From Chloroflexota bacterium (lineage in GTDB: Bacteria > Chloroflexota > Dehalococcoidia > Lucifugimonadales > Lucifugimonadaceae): a DNA stretch of 64,000 bases. The notes beneath the pieces are model-generated. The model did no database searches and was not told the DNA's origin. It worked only from the letters and a program-made list of their open reading frames with translations. Position numbers and translations under genes: made by a program. Where the stretch lies: NCBI GenBank assembly GCA_013204545.1, contig JABMNN010000046.1, forward strand, positions 11,724 through 75,723. The letters are read 5' to 3'. Positions 1 to 9,524 of this stretch are shown here, one piece after another (the stretch's first letter is position 1; each line of letters starts with the position of its first letter).

Positions 1-38
1 GAACGGGTCAAAAATACATTTGAGGAAATTTTAGGGAC

Positions 39-896
39 ATGGCAGAGACCAAAGGCTTCACGCCACTTACGCCCAAACAGGTACAGCGATACAGCCGCCA
101 CCTGATCATGGACGGTGTTGGCAGCGTAGGCCAGCGAAAACTAATCGATTCAAAAGTGCTGATCGTGGGCGCAGGCGGACTTGGTTCACCTGTTGCTCTC
201 TATTTAGCACTGGCTGGCGTTGGAACACTGGGTATTGTCGATTTCGATACCGTTGATATTTCTAACCTGCAGCGCCAAATCCTGCACACTGATGCAGATG
301 TTGGGCGTCCGAAGGTCATTTCCGCTAAGGAAACGATCAACGCTCACAACCCGGAAGTTAACGTAATCCTCCACGAGGAACCAATTAACTCCGACAACGC
401 GATGGACATCATCCCCAACTACGACATCATCGTGAACGGGGCAGACAATTTCGCTACTCGATATCTTGTAAACGACGCAGCGTTCCTCGCTGGCAAGCCT
501 CTTGTCGATGGAGCTATTTTGGTGTTCGATGGTCAGGCGACCACCTACCAGCCTGGTCACGGTTGCTATCGCTGCATGTTCCCAGAACCGCCACCTCCGG
601 GTGAAGTTCCGAACTGTTCAGAGGCTGGCGTAATCGGAGCTCTCCCTGGTCTTGTCGGTTCGATTCAGGCTTTGGAAGTTATTAAACTGGCCATGGGTGT
701 TGGTGAAACACTCACGAGTCGAATGCTGCTGATTGACGCACTGACGATGGACTTCCGCGAAATTAAAATTCGACGAAACCCTGATTGCAAACTTTGTGGA
801 GATAACCCGGAAGTCACAGAATTGATCGACTACGAGATTTTCTGTGGCATTCTGCCTCCTGCCCCGATAGAAGGACAGATGGTGTCGGCAGATTAG
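39..896 (+). CDS. moeB: MoeB/ThiF-family sulfur-carrier-protein adenylyltransferase (E1-like)
   Basis: 285-aa ORF. Nucleotide loop VGAGGLGSP, SNLQRQILH motif, and two CxxC zinc pairs (CYRC, CKLC) typical of MoeB/ThiF. No C-terminal rhodanese domain. Confidence 0.85.
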   Translation: MAETKGFTPLTPKQVQRYSRHLIMDGVGSVGQRKLIDSKVLIVGAGGLGSPVALYLALAGVGTLGIVDFDTVDISNLQRQILHTDADVGRPKVISAKETINAHNPEVNVILHEEPINSDNAMDIIPNYDIIVNGADNFATRYLVNDAAFLAGKPLVDGAILVFDGQATTYQPGHGCYRCMFPEPPPPGEVPNCSEAGVIGALPGLVGSIQALEVIKLAMGVGETLTSRMLLIDALTMDFREIKIRRNPDCKLCGDNPEVTELIDYEIFCGILPPAPIEGQMVSAD

Positions 897-992
897 TCGG
901 TCGGCACTGTGCCGCCGGGTGATCGGCTAAAATTTCATCTCTCGATCAGGCCGCAACCACTTAGAGATTAACAACTCACGAAAGAAATTTTC

Positions 993-1970
993 TTGGCATC
1001 AACTTTTGTCGCGCCGTTTACAGCGGTGAAATCAGACTCACTCCACGCCATAGGCAACACGCCGTTGGTAGATGTGTCGATTCTGAGTCCAGATCCTAAG
1101 ATAAAAATCTACGGCAAACTAGAGTCGGTCAATCCTACGGGTTCAGTTAAAGATAGAGCTGCTCGGTCTTTAATTGAGACGGCTGAAAAAGAGGGGCGGA
1201 TCAAACCGGGCGATACCATCCTAGAACCTACGTCTGGCAATACGGGACTCGGCTTGGCGATGATCGGGCGAATCAAAGGCTACAACGTGAAGGTTGTTAT
1301 GCCTGCAAGCGTTCCGCCAGAACGTGTTCACCTTCTCCAAGCATTTGGAGCAGAAGTCATTCTGTCGCATAAAGACAAAGGCACGAACGAATCGATTCTC
1401 ATGGCGAAGCAGATCGCTGAAGATAACCCTTCGTACTACATGCCGTTCCAATATGGAAATCCAGCGAATCCGAATGCCCACTACACCACGACGGGGCCAG
1501 AGATCGCAAGAGATTTACCAGATATCGATACTTTTGTCGCTGGCCTTGGAACAGGTGGTACTTTGATGGGAGTAGGTAAGGCTCTTCGTGAGCACAACCC
1601 GAACATCCAGATAATTGCAACGGCACCGCATCCAGACGACAAGGTGCAGGGGTTGCGTTCCATTGAACATGGCTTCATCCCGCCGATCCTTGATCTCGAC
1701 AAACTCGATGGGCGAATTCTCGTGGACGGCGAAGAGGCCTTCTACTGGACACGTCGATTGCTCACGGATGCCGGGTACTTCGTTGGTGTTTCATCGGGCG
1801 CAACTTTCGCTACTGCTCGAAAAATCGCTCAAAAGTGGTCCAAAGAGGGGCGCGAGGGCAAAATTGTAGCGATGTTTGCTGATGGCGGCTGGAAGTATCT
1901 GTCAACCGGTATTTACGGCGAAGATTTCAAATTCAAACAGTCGGAAATCGAAGGTAAAACTTGGTGGTAG
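993..1970 (+). CDS. cysM: PLP-dependent cysteine synthase, CysM type (resembles the sulfur-carrier-dependent O-phosphoserine sulfhydrylase of mycobacteria)
   Basis: 325-aa ORF with a TTG start. Motifs GNTPLV, PTGSVKDR (PLP lysine), EPTSGNTG, YQYGNPANP, GLGTGGTLMG, ADGGWKYLSTG. From memory, the C-terminal tail resembles M. tuberculosis CysM. Confidence 0.85.
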   Translation: MASTFVAPFTAVKSDSLHAIGNTPLVDVSILSPDPKIKIYGKLESVNPTGSVKDRAARSLIETAEKEGRIKPGDTILEPTSGNTGLGLAMIGRIKGYNVKVVMPASVPPERVHLLQAFGAEVILSHKDKGTNESILMAKQIAEDNPSYYMPFQYGNPANPNAHYTTTGPEIARDLPDIDTFVAGLGTGGTLMGVGKALREHNPNIQIIATAPHPDDKVQGLRSIEHGFIPPILDLDKLDGRILVDGEEAFYWTRRLLTDAGYFVGVSSGATFATARKIAQKWSKEGREGKIVAMFADGGWKYLSTGIYGEDFKFKQSEIEGKTWW

Positions 1971-2001
1971 CAGCCTGAACGGATGAAATAGCGTTACTAT
2001 C

Positions 2002-2040
2002 ACGACCCCCAATCGCTTTTCGGCTGGGGGTCGTTTTGTG
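2002..2040 (+). terminator. Rho-independent terminator after cysM
   Basis: 10-bp perfect stem ACGACCCCCA (2002..2011) / TGGGGGTCGT (2025..2034) followed by TTTTGTG. Confidence 0.65.
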
Positions 2041-2098
2041 AGGAGCCGTTGGCTCGTTTTCTGGGTGCCAATGGTACCGTTTCATGAGGTCAGAGTAA

Positions 2099-3541
2099 TT
2101 GTCAGATAGTTCTTTGAGTGCAGCTGAAAAATCAGAGCTTGTGTTTAAGGGAGCGCGTGAGCAAGCTCACTTGGTCGCCAGTGGTGATATATCGTCGGAG
2201 GAATTGGTGAGTGCGCACCTTGCTCAGATCGCACGAGTGAACCCTGCCGTAAATGCGATGGTGACACTGGTCGTAGATTCGTCTCTGGAACAGGCTCGGG
2301 AAGCTGATAAAGCTCGTAGTTCAGGCGTGAAACTCGGTGCACTGCATGGGCTACCAATTGCAATCAAGGACTTGCAGGACACGGCAGGAATTCTCACGAC
2401 CCAGGGATCGCCCATTTACAAAGACCATGTCCCAGCTACCGATGCGCTGATAGTGCAACGCGTGAAAAATGCAGGCGCGATAGTTATTGGTAAATCGAAC
2501 ACCCCGGAATTTGGGGCGGGATCGCAAACATTCAACGCCGTGTTTGGCTCGACCAAGAATCCATATGACGTGAGCAAAACTTGCGGTGGTAGTTCGGGTG
2601 GTGCTGGTGTGGCTCTGGCTACAGGTATGGTGTCGATTGCTACGGGTTCTGACTTAGGCGGCTCGCTAAGAAATCCCGCGGCCTGGTCTAATGTCGTTGG
2701 CATTCGACCTAGTCCGGGGCGAGTTCCTTCGGTTGGTGGTGACTTGGGTTGGCTAAATCTTTCTACGGATGGTCCGATGGGGCGCACTGTCGACGACGTT
2801 GCACTGCAACTGAGCGTAATGGCTGGTGATGATCCTCGATCGCCACTGTCGCTGCGGGAGTCGGGAGCGCAATACGCTGGATCATTAGAACGAGATTTTA
2901 AAGACGTTCGAATTGCTTGGAGCAAAGACCTTGGCGGTCGACCTATCGACGCAGAAAACAGTCGGGTCACAGAGTCGGTGAAGCATGTGTTCGATGATCT
3001 GGGCTTGATCGTCGAAGATGACGAGCCAGACTTTTCAACGACTGACGAGATTTTCCAAGTGTTGCGGGCTTACAGCTTTGCGATCAAGCACGAGACTCAC
3101 CTTCGAGATCATCCCGAAAAGCTGAAAGAAACGGTTCGATGGAACGCAGAACAGGGGTTGAAGCAATCGGCGATCGACGTTGCTCACGCAGAACGACTTC
3201 GAACCCGATTGTGGGAACAGCTTTTGAGGTTCTTCGACAAGCACGCATTCCTAGCCATGCCGGTTACGTCCGTTCCACCGTTCTCGATTGATCTGGAGTA
3301 CCCGAACGATATCAACGGCGTAGTGCCAGAGACATATCTCGACTGGATGTGGCCGTGTTACACGATCTCAGTGACCGGCCTGCCCGCAATGTCAGTTCCG
3401 GCTGGATTTACAAAAGACGGCCTACCGGTCGGTTTACAACTAGTAGGTCGACCTCGCGGCGAGATGGGGCTATTGCAGTTGGCGAGCGCATTTGAGAGTG
3501 AAACCAATTTTTGGAAACAGCGCCCGAGCGTGGTCAGATAA
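2099..3541 (+). CDS. Amidase-signature family amidase (GatA-like)
   Basis: 480-aa ORF. Gly/Ser-rich amidase signature GGSSGGAGVALATG...GSDLGGSLRNPA and a conserved K (PIAIKD). Confidence 0.85.
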   Translation: MSDSSLSAAEKSELVFKGAREQAHLVASGDISSEELVSAHLAQIARVNPAVNAMVTLVVDSSLEQAREADKARSSGVKLGALHGLPIAIKDLQDTAGILTTQGSPIYKDHVPATDALIVQRVKNAGAIVIGKSNTPEFGAGSQTFNAVFGSTKNPYDVSKTCGGSSGGAGVALATGMVSIATGSDLGGSLRNPAAWSNVVGIRPSPGRVPSVGGDLGWLNLSTDGPMGRTVDDVALQLSVMAGDDPRSPLSLRESGAQYAGSLERDFKDVRIAWSKDLGGRPIDAENSRVTESVKHVFDDLGLIVEDDEPDFSTTDEIFQVLRAYSFAIKHETHLRDHPEKLKETVRWNAEQGLKQSAIDVAHAERLRTRLWEQLLRFFDKHAFLAMPVTSVPPFSIDLEYPNDINGVVPETYLDWMWPCYTISVTGLPAMSVPAGFTKDGLPVGLQLVGRPRGEMGLLQLASAFESETNFWKQRPSVVR

Positions 3542-3568
3542 CGTGATTTCGAATCAGAGGGCAATATC

Positions 3569-4369
3569 ATGAATCTCAAACTTCTTGGCAAACGGGCATT
3601 GGTTACAGGCGGAAGCAGAGGAATCGGTAAGGCAATTGCTCGCATGCTGGCCGAAGAGGGCGTTTCGGTAGTGATCTCGGCACGTGGGGTTGAAGCACTT
3701 GATGCAGCTGCCGAGGAGCTGACGAACGAAACTGGGTCAACTGTAATCGCGATCGTCGCCGATACCGGTTCAGACGATAGTGTCAGGAACCTGATTGTCG
3801 AAGCCAAATCCGTCATGGGAGGTATCGATATCCTCGTGAATTGTGCCGCTCGTCCGGGCGGACAAAGCACGGTGCCGACGCTTGCAAGTGTTACCACCGA
3901 AGAGTTCAACGATCATATGAACGTAAAAGTCATGGGCTATCTGAGATGTGCTCGTGAAGTCGCGCCGATAATGACCGAGCAGGGCTGGGGTAGGATTATC
4001 AATATCTCTGGGCTGGCATCCCGAAGTACCGGAACGGTAGTCGGGTCAATGCGCAACGTTGCCGTCACTGCGATGACGAAGAATCTGGCCGACGAATTGG
4101 GACCCCACGGCATCAATGTGACTGTGATTCACCCCGGTATGACTCGCACTGAAGCAACTGATGGTGTCATCGCCAAGCGTGCTGCTGACGAAGGCGTGAG
4201 CGAAGAAGAGATCGAGAGAAAATTGGCTCAAGGAAATTCTTCACGAACGATAATTGAAGCAGCCGACATTGCATACGTAGTCGCCATATTGGCATCGCCA
4301 CTATCGATCGCCATTAATGGCGACGGAATTGCAGCTGGCGGTGGTGTAGGAACAGCGATCTACTATTAG
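3569..4369 (+). CDS. Short-chain dehydrogenase/reductase (SDR)
   Basis: 266-aa ORF with the TGGSRGIGKAIA cofactor loop, and SDR length and layout. Confidence 0.85.
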   Translation: MNLKLLGKRALVTGGSRGIGKAIARMLAEEGVSVVISARGVEALDAAAEELTNETGSTVIAIVADTGSDDSVRNLIVEAKSVMGGIDILVNCAARPGGQSTVPTLASVTTEEFNDHMNVKVMGYLRCAREVAPIMTEQGWGRIINISGLASRSTGTVVGSMRNVAVTAMTKNLADELGPHGINVTVIHPGMTRTEATDGVIAKRAADEGVSEEEIERKLAQGNSSRTIIEAADIAYVVAILASPLSIAINGDGIAAGGGVGTAIYY

Positions 4370-4547
4370 AACATCGTTGTTTTTAACATTGGCATAGGTA
4401 TGCTCCAGATTCTGGGCTTGGTTGACGGGCATTTGCGATAGTGAATCAGCAAGTATGATTGTGTGTCTCCAGTACTGGGATTTTGATCTCCGTACCTGAA
4501 GTAGATGATCAAGATTCAATAATGAGCCGCACGGAGAATTCCGCCAA

Positions 4548-5324
4548 ATGACCAAGCTTGCCGCCAACCTTTCAATGATGTTCACTGAGGTGGATTTCCT
4601 CGACCGATTCGAAGCGGCCGCAAAAGCCGGTTTCAAGGGGGTCGAGTATCTGTTCCCGTATGACTTCCCTGCAGATGAGATCAAAGAAAAACTCGAACAA
4701 AACAACCTAACTCAGGTTCTGTTCGACTTCCCCGCCGGGGATTGGGCGGCTGGTGATCGTGGCTGTGCCTCGTTCCCTGATCGAGTCGGTGAGTTTCAGG
4801 ATGGCGTCGGTAAGGCTGTCGAATACGCCAAGGTTCTTGGCTGCGATCGACTGACCGTCCTTGCTGGTAAGGCCACATCAGGCGTAAGTGCGATGAAGAT
4901 GCAAGAAACGCTGATCGACAATATGAAGTTTGCTTCAAGTGCTGTCGCCGGGACTGGCATCATAATTTTGTTGGAGGCGATCAACATAATTGATATCCCG
5001 GGTTACTCGGTGTTCCGAACGAACCAGAGTCGAGCCGCTGTTGAGGCAACTGGTGCTAACAATGTGAAGGTGCAGTACGACATTTACCACATGCAGATCA
5101 TGGAAGGCGACGTGACGCGATCGATCGACGCCAACCTTGATGTAATTGGGCACTTTCAACTTGCTGACAACCCCGGGCGCCACGAGCCGGGAACAGGCGA
5201 GATTAATTATGACTTCTTACTCCCGCACATCGATTCCAAAGGCTACGACGGCTGGGTCGGTTGCGAATACGTTCCTGCCGGAGACACAGTTGCTGGACTT
5301 GGTTGGGCAGCGAAGTACTTGTAG
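4548..5324 (+). CDS. hyi: Hydroxypyruvate isomerase-like TIM-barrel protein (paralog 1)
   Basis: 258-aa ORF. N-terminal AANLSMMF, then YHMQIMEGD and QLADNPGRHEPGTGEINY, typical of the Hyi/OtnI family. Confidence 0.8.
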   Translation: MTKLAANLSMMFTEVDFLDRFEAAAKAGFKGVEYLFPYDFPADEIKEKLEQNNLTQVLFDFPAGDWAAGDRGCASFPDRVGEFQDGVGKAVEYAKVLGCDRLTVLAGKATSGVSAMKMQETLIDNMKFASSAVAGTGIIILLEAINIIDIPGYSVFRTNQSRAAVEATGANNVKVQYDIYHMQIMEGDVTRSIDANLDVIGHFQLADNPGRHEPGTGEINYDFLLPHIDSKGYDGWVGCEYVPAGDTVAGLGWAAKYL

Positions 5325-5426
5325 TTCATAAATTATTCTATTTGCCGCTCTGTGTGAAAATTTTTGCGGAAAATTTATTAACGAGTGTGTGTATCGATGT
5401 GACGCTTGTTTGCAAAGGGACCATAA

Positions 5427-6200
5427 ATGCCGAGGCTTGAAGCTAATTTGCAGTGGATGTTTAATGAGTACGATCTGATTGATCGGTACGACGCAGCTGC
5501 TCGCGCAGGCTTCAAAGGTGTCGAGCTACAGGCTCCGTATTCTCTGGAAGTTCAACAGATCGTTGAGCGCCTCGAAAAAAACAACCTTAAGCACGTCATC
5601 ATCAACTCACCCGTAAGTGATCCTGACACCGGCAAGGGCAACGTCGGGCTTCGTGCAGATCGTAAAGATCTCTACAAGGAACGAACCGCTCAGGCGGCGA
5701 AATACGCATCTGGTCTAGGCTGTATTGGCGTCAACATCGGGTGCGGCCCGATCGATGACATCGATCCTGACGAGGCGCACGAGACGTACATTGCTAACAT
5801 CTACCATGCCGCCGAAGAACTTGGCAAAGTTGGAGTCATTGCGCTCGTAGAGCCTATAAATACCCGAGATCAGCCAGGGTTCTTTGTTAACACCTCGAAG
5901 CAAGCACTCGCCGTCATAGCAGAAGCGAATCATCCTAATCTAGCGTTGCTGTACGATTTCTATCATATGCAGATTATGGAAGGCGATCTTGCTATGACAG
6001 TGAAAGAGAATCTTTCGTCTATCAAGCATATTCAGATCGCCGACAATCCGGGTCGTAACGAACCAGGCACCGGCGAAATCAACTACAACCATCTACTCCC
6101 ATATCTTGATGAAATCGGATATGAAGGCTGGATCGGCTGTGAATACGGTCCTACCGGCAATACCGAGCAATCTCTTGGCTGGGCATCGGCCTGGCTTTAG
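5427..6200 (+). CDS. Hydroxypyruvate isomerase-like TIM-barrel protein (paralog 2)
   Basis: 257-aa ORF collinear with the preceding gene, sharing the same motifs (EANLQWMF, YHMQIMEGD, QIADNPGRNEPGTGEINY). Confidence 0.8.
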   Translation: MPRLEANLQWMFNEYDLIDRYDAAARAGFKGVELQAPYSLEVQQIVERLEKNNLKHVIINSPVSDPDTGKGNVGLRADRKDLYKERTAQAAKYASGLGCIGVNIGCGPIDDIDPDEAHETYIANIYHAAEELGKVGVIALVEPINTRDQPGFFVNTSKQALAVIAEANHPNLALLYDFYHMQIMEGDLAMTVKENLSSIKHIQIADNPGRNEPGTGEINYNHLLPYLDEIGYEGWIGCEYGPTGNTEQSLGWASAWL

Positions 6201-6243
6201 CCGTATTTTTGACATTCAACCACTCCTGAGGTCGCCTGACAGT

Positions 6244-9006
6244 ATGAGCACTCAAGACATCACCCCATTCGATAGCGAAGATGCTGACTTGCGCGCAGAT
6301 ATTCGCAGAATGGGCGACATTCTCGGCGAGACTCTGCGGAATCTTTGGGGTGAAGAGTTATTCGAAATGGTCGAGTACGTTCGTGCTTCAACCCGCACGC
6401 TGCGCGAGTCACCGAATTCAGCACTTCGTGAAGAGTTGCTAAAGAAACTCGATGAATCGTCACTGTGGTTGGTTATTCGAACGGTGAGAGCCTTCACCAG
6501 TTACTTTCACCTTGCAAATGTTGCCGAACAGCACCACCGAATAGAGTTCAAAGGCGTCGCTGGGGCTCGTAGGGAATGGCTGGAAGAGGCATTTGAGCGT
6601 ATCCGTGGAGCAAATATTCCTGTTGACGAAATAAGCAATCTCATAAATCGGTTGGAAGTACGACCTGTCTATACGGCTCACCCAACCGAGGCGGTGCGAC
6701 GTTCGATTCTGAATAAACTGCGCCGTGTTGGCGAGCTACTCAACGAACGTTCGAACCCATTTTTGCTTGATTCGGAAACTCGACGCATCGATCGTCGAAT
6801 GTCTGAAGTAGTCGAAGAAATTCTCCAAACTGACGAGCTACGGCACCAGCGACCGTCACCCGCTGATGAAGCCCGAAACATCATGTTCTACATGGAGGAT
6901 ATGTTCGGTTCTGCGATTGCTGAAGTTGAGGAAGCACTGGATGACCAGCTTGAAACGTTCGGTATATCAAGATCGCCAACTACTCGTTCGATGCGATTTG
7001 GAACCTGGGTCGGTGGGGATCGCGACGGAAACCCGAACGTTACACATGAGCTAACTCGGGAGATTCTCGATCTGCAGTATGAGCGGGCTCTGAAAATATT
7101 CGCGCCTGCGATAGCAAAACTTGCCCAAACGTTGAGTCAATCGACACGGATTGTAAAAATCAGCGATGAACTCGAAAAATCTCTCGAAAAAGACCGTGCC
7201 GAGCTACCCTCCGTGTGGGATCTGTTTTGGAATCTTGACGCGGATGAACCATACCGTCTGAAGTGCGCATATATCTACGAACGGCTTCTCAATGCCATCG
7301 CAGCGGCTGAGGGTTCCCAGCGTGACAAGCCATCATATTCGGATGTTGAATCGTTGCTTGCGGATCTTCAATTGATGTTGGATTCTCTCGAAGTAAACCA
7401 GAGTAAGGCAGCCGCTAGCGGTGAAGTTCGACGCGTGATGCAACGGATTTCGGCTTTCGGAATGACACTTGCAACAATGGACATTCGACAGCACGCCAGT
7501 GTTACTGGAGAAGCTGTGAACGAACTAATTGACAGAGTGGAATCGATCGATGGCGGGTTCGGCGGTCTGTCGATGGGCGAGAGATCAGCTCGATTGGTAA
7601 AAGAACTGAATTCGAAACGAGTTCTTAGTTCCAGAACAGCATCGTTCTCGACACAAACGACTGAAATACTCGACCTAGTCGAGACCATTCGACAGGCGCA
7701 GAAGGACTATGGAGATCAGGTGATAGAGAGTTGGGTCGTAGCAATGACGCGCGATACTGATGACCTTCTTGCAGTGCTGGTTCTGGCGAAGGAAGCTGGG
7801 CTTGTAGTGCCTTATGAAGGTATTTCACGAATATCGGTCGTTCCACTATTTGAAGAAATTGAAGACCTACGACGCAGCCATGAAGTGATGGATCGTTACC
7901 TGTCGATACCTGAGGTCAAATCATTGGTGGTGGCGTCAGGCGGGATTGTTGAGGTTATGCTCGGTTATTCAGATTCGAACAAAGACGGCGGAGTTACTAC
8001 TTCTCAATGGGAGCTTTATAAAGCGCAACGAGAACTCCGTACCGTTGGTGAGAAACATGGGGTTTCGATTCGACTGTTCCACGGTCGAGGGGGAACGGTT
8101 GGCCGGGGTGGTGGTCCAACAAGAGATGCGATCATCGCTCAACCATATGCGACGGTTGATGGGCGTATAAAAATTACCGAACAGGGTGAAGTGATTTCCG
8201 ACAAGTATGGCTTGCCTGAACTGGCTCGTAATCACCTGGAATTGTCGGTTGCCGCCGTTATCGAAGCCTCGCTACTTCATGCAGAACCGGCTCACTCCGA
8301 AGAAAAGTTAGAAGAGTGGTTCGCTGCAATGGATTGGATATCAGACAAGGCATACGCGAAGTATCGAAGTTTGATCGATACCGAAGGATTCGTCGACTAT
8401 TTCATGGATTCGACTCCCGTCGAAGAACTTGCTGGAATGAACATCGGTTCGAGGCCATCACGACGGTCTCCTGCCGACGGCCAACGAAGTATCGACGGCC
8501 TTCGGGCAATTCCGTGGGTGTTCGGGTGGATGCAGAGTCGTCAAATCGTTCCGGGATACTTTGGGGTTGGTCAAGCTTTGCATGAGGCCCGGGAAGCTGG
8601 GATGGAAAATGTACTTGCCGAGATGTTTAGGGAATGGCCATTCTTCAGCACGTTCATATCGAACGTCGAAATGACCCTTGTTAAGTCGAGCATGGAGATC
8701 GCTAGTCGGTATGTCTATACGCTGGTCCATCCGAGCCTCCATCACATCTTTGAAGGTATCAAAGAAGAACGGAATAAAGCCGTTCAAGAACTTCTGAAGA
8801 TTACTGGACAGGAGAATTTGCTCGATAATCAGCCAGTATTGAAACGGACTCTCGCTGTTCGCGAGTATTACGTCGATCCACTTAACTACCTACAAGTTTC
8901 GCTTCTGGCACGACATCGTTCCACAGACGGCGACGATCCGTCTGTGGAACGAGCATTGCTGCTTTCAATCAACGGTGTCGCCGCCGGTCTGAAAAACACA
9001 GGTTAG
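6244..9006 (+). CDS. ppc: Phosphoenolpyruvate carboxylase
   Basis: Motifs VYTAHPTE, GSWVGGDRDGNP-like (GTWVGGDRDGNPNVT), GYSDSNKDGG, FHGRGGTVGRGGGP, and the C-terminal GLKNTG. Start moved to ATG 6244 (MSTQDITPF) because the ORF-track start at 6106 overlaps the preceding gene. Confidence 0.95.
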   Translation: MSTQDITPFDSEDADLRADIRRMGDILGETLRNLWGEELFEMVEYVRASTRTLRESPNSALREELLKKLDESSLWLVIRTVRAFTSYFHLANVAEQHHRIEFKGVAGARREWLEEAFERIRGANIPVDEISNLINRLEVRPVYTAHPTEAVRRSILNKLRRVGELLNERSNPFLLDSETRRIDRRMSEVVEEILQTDELRHQRPSPADEARNIMFYMEDMFGSAIAEVEEALDDQLETFGISRSPTTRSMRFGTWVGGDRDGNPNVTHELTREILDLQYERALKIFAPAIAKLAQTLSQSTRIVKISDELEKSLEKDRAELPSVWDLFWNLDADEPYRLKCAYIYERLLNAIAAAEGSQRDKPSYSDVESLLADLQLMLDSLEVNQSKAAASGEVRRVMQRISAFGMTLATMDIRQHASVTGEAVNELIDRVESIDGGFGGLSMGERSARLVKELNSKRVLSSRTASFSTQTTEILDLVETIRQAQKDYGDQVIESWVVAMTRDTDDLLAVLVLAKEAGLVVPYEGISRISVVPLFEEIEDLRRSHEVMDRYLSIPEVKSLVVASGGIVEVMLGYSDSNKDGGVTTSQWELYKAQRELRTVGEKHGVSIRLFHGRGGTVGRGGGPTRDAIIAQPYATVDGRIKITEQGEVISDKYGLPELARNHLELSVAAVIEASLLHAEPAHSEEKLEEWFAAMDWISDKAYAKYRSLIDTEGFVDYFMDSTPVEELAGMNIGSRPSRRSPADGQRSIDGLRAIPWVFGWMQSRQIVPGYFGVGQALHEAREAGMENVLAEMFREWPFFSTFISNVEMTLVKSSMEIASRYVYTLVHPSLHHIFEGIKEERNKAVQELLKITGQENLLDNQPVLKRTLAVREYYVDPLNYLQVSLLARHRSTDGDDPSVERALLLSINGVAAGLKNTG

Positions 9007-9011
9007 CCAAG

Positions 9012-9524
9012 ATGTCGAACTCCCAAAACGCACAACACCAGAAGAATTCTGCTGTTTCTTTTATCGCCGAGACCATCGCCACCGGACTTGGTTCTGGGCG
9101 TTGGCCTTTCGTGGCTCCCGCCACTGTTGGAACGTTCGCTGCTTTGATTGCATACTGGCTACTAGATGTTGGAGTGTTTGGCGGTGAAGGTGATTCGATT
9201 TGGTTCTTTTCGCTGATCATAGCTGTGACTGCAGCGGGGATTTGGTCGACTGATTACATCGACTCAACAGACGATCACGATCCGAAACGAGGCGTTATCG
9301 ACGAGTGGGTTGGTGTTTGGGTAACGGTGTTGTTTTTACCCGTGACCTTGCCGTGGATGATCGCTGGATTCTTCATATTTCGAGCGTTGGACATCTTCAA
9401 ACCCCTCGGTGTGAGAAGAATCGAGGCGTGGCCCGGCGGGTGGGGTATCATGTTCGACGATATCGCCGCTGGGATTATCGGTGCTGTGATACTGAATGCG
9501 ATTCGGCTGATTTTCTTCACTTAA
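9012..9524 (+). CDS. pgpA: Phosphatidylglycerophosphatase A
   Basis: 170-aa membrane ORF with GSGRWPFVAPATVGT and DPKRGVIDEWVG, which are PgpA-like motifs. Confidence 0.75.
   Translation: MSNSQNAQHQKNSAVSFIAETIATGLGSGRWPFVAPATVGTFAALIAYWLLDVGVFGGEGDSIWFFSLIIAVTAAGIWSTDYIDSTDDHDPKRGVIDEWVGVWVTVLFLPVTLPWMIAGFFIFRALDIFKPLGVRRIEAWPGGWGIMFDDIAAGIIGAVILNAIRLIFFT

Noticed and set aside
3358-3909. 183-aa minus-strand ORF.
   Set aside because: It is antisense to the amidase 3' end and the SDR gene, which both carry strong family motifs. Its composition is typical of a shadow ORF.
6106-6243. N-terminal extension of the ppc ORF (ORF track starts at 6106).
   Set aside because: The extension overlaps the 3' end of the preceding isomerase gene in another frame and is not PEPC-like. 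ATG 6244 (MSTQDITPF) gives a normal-length PEPC.
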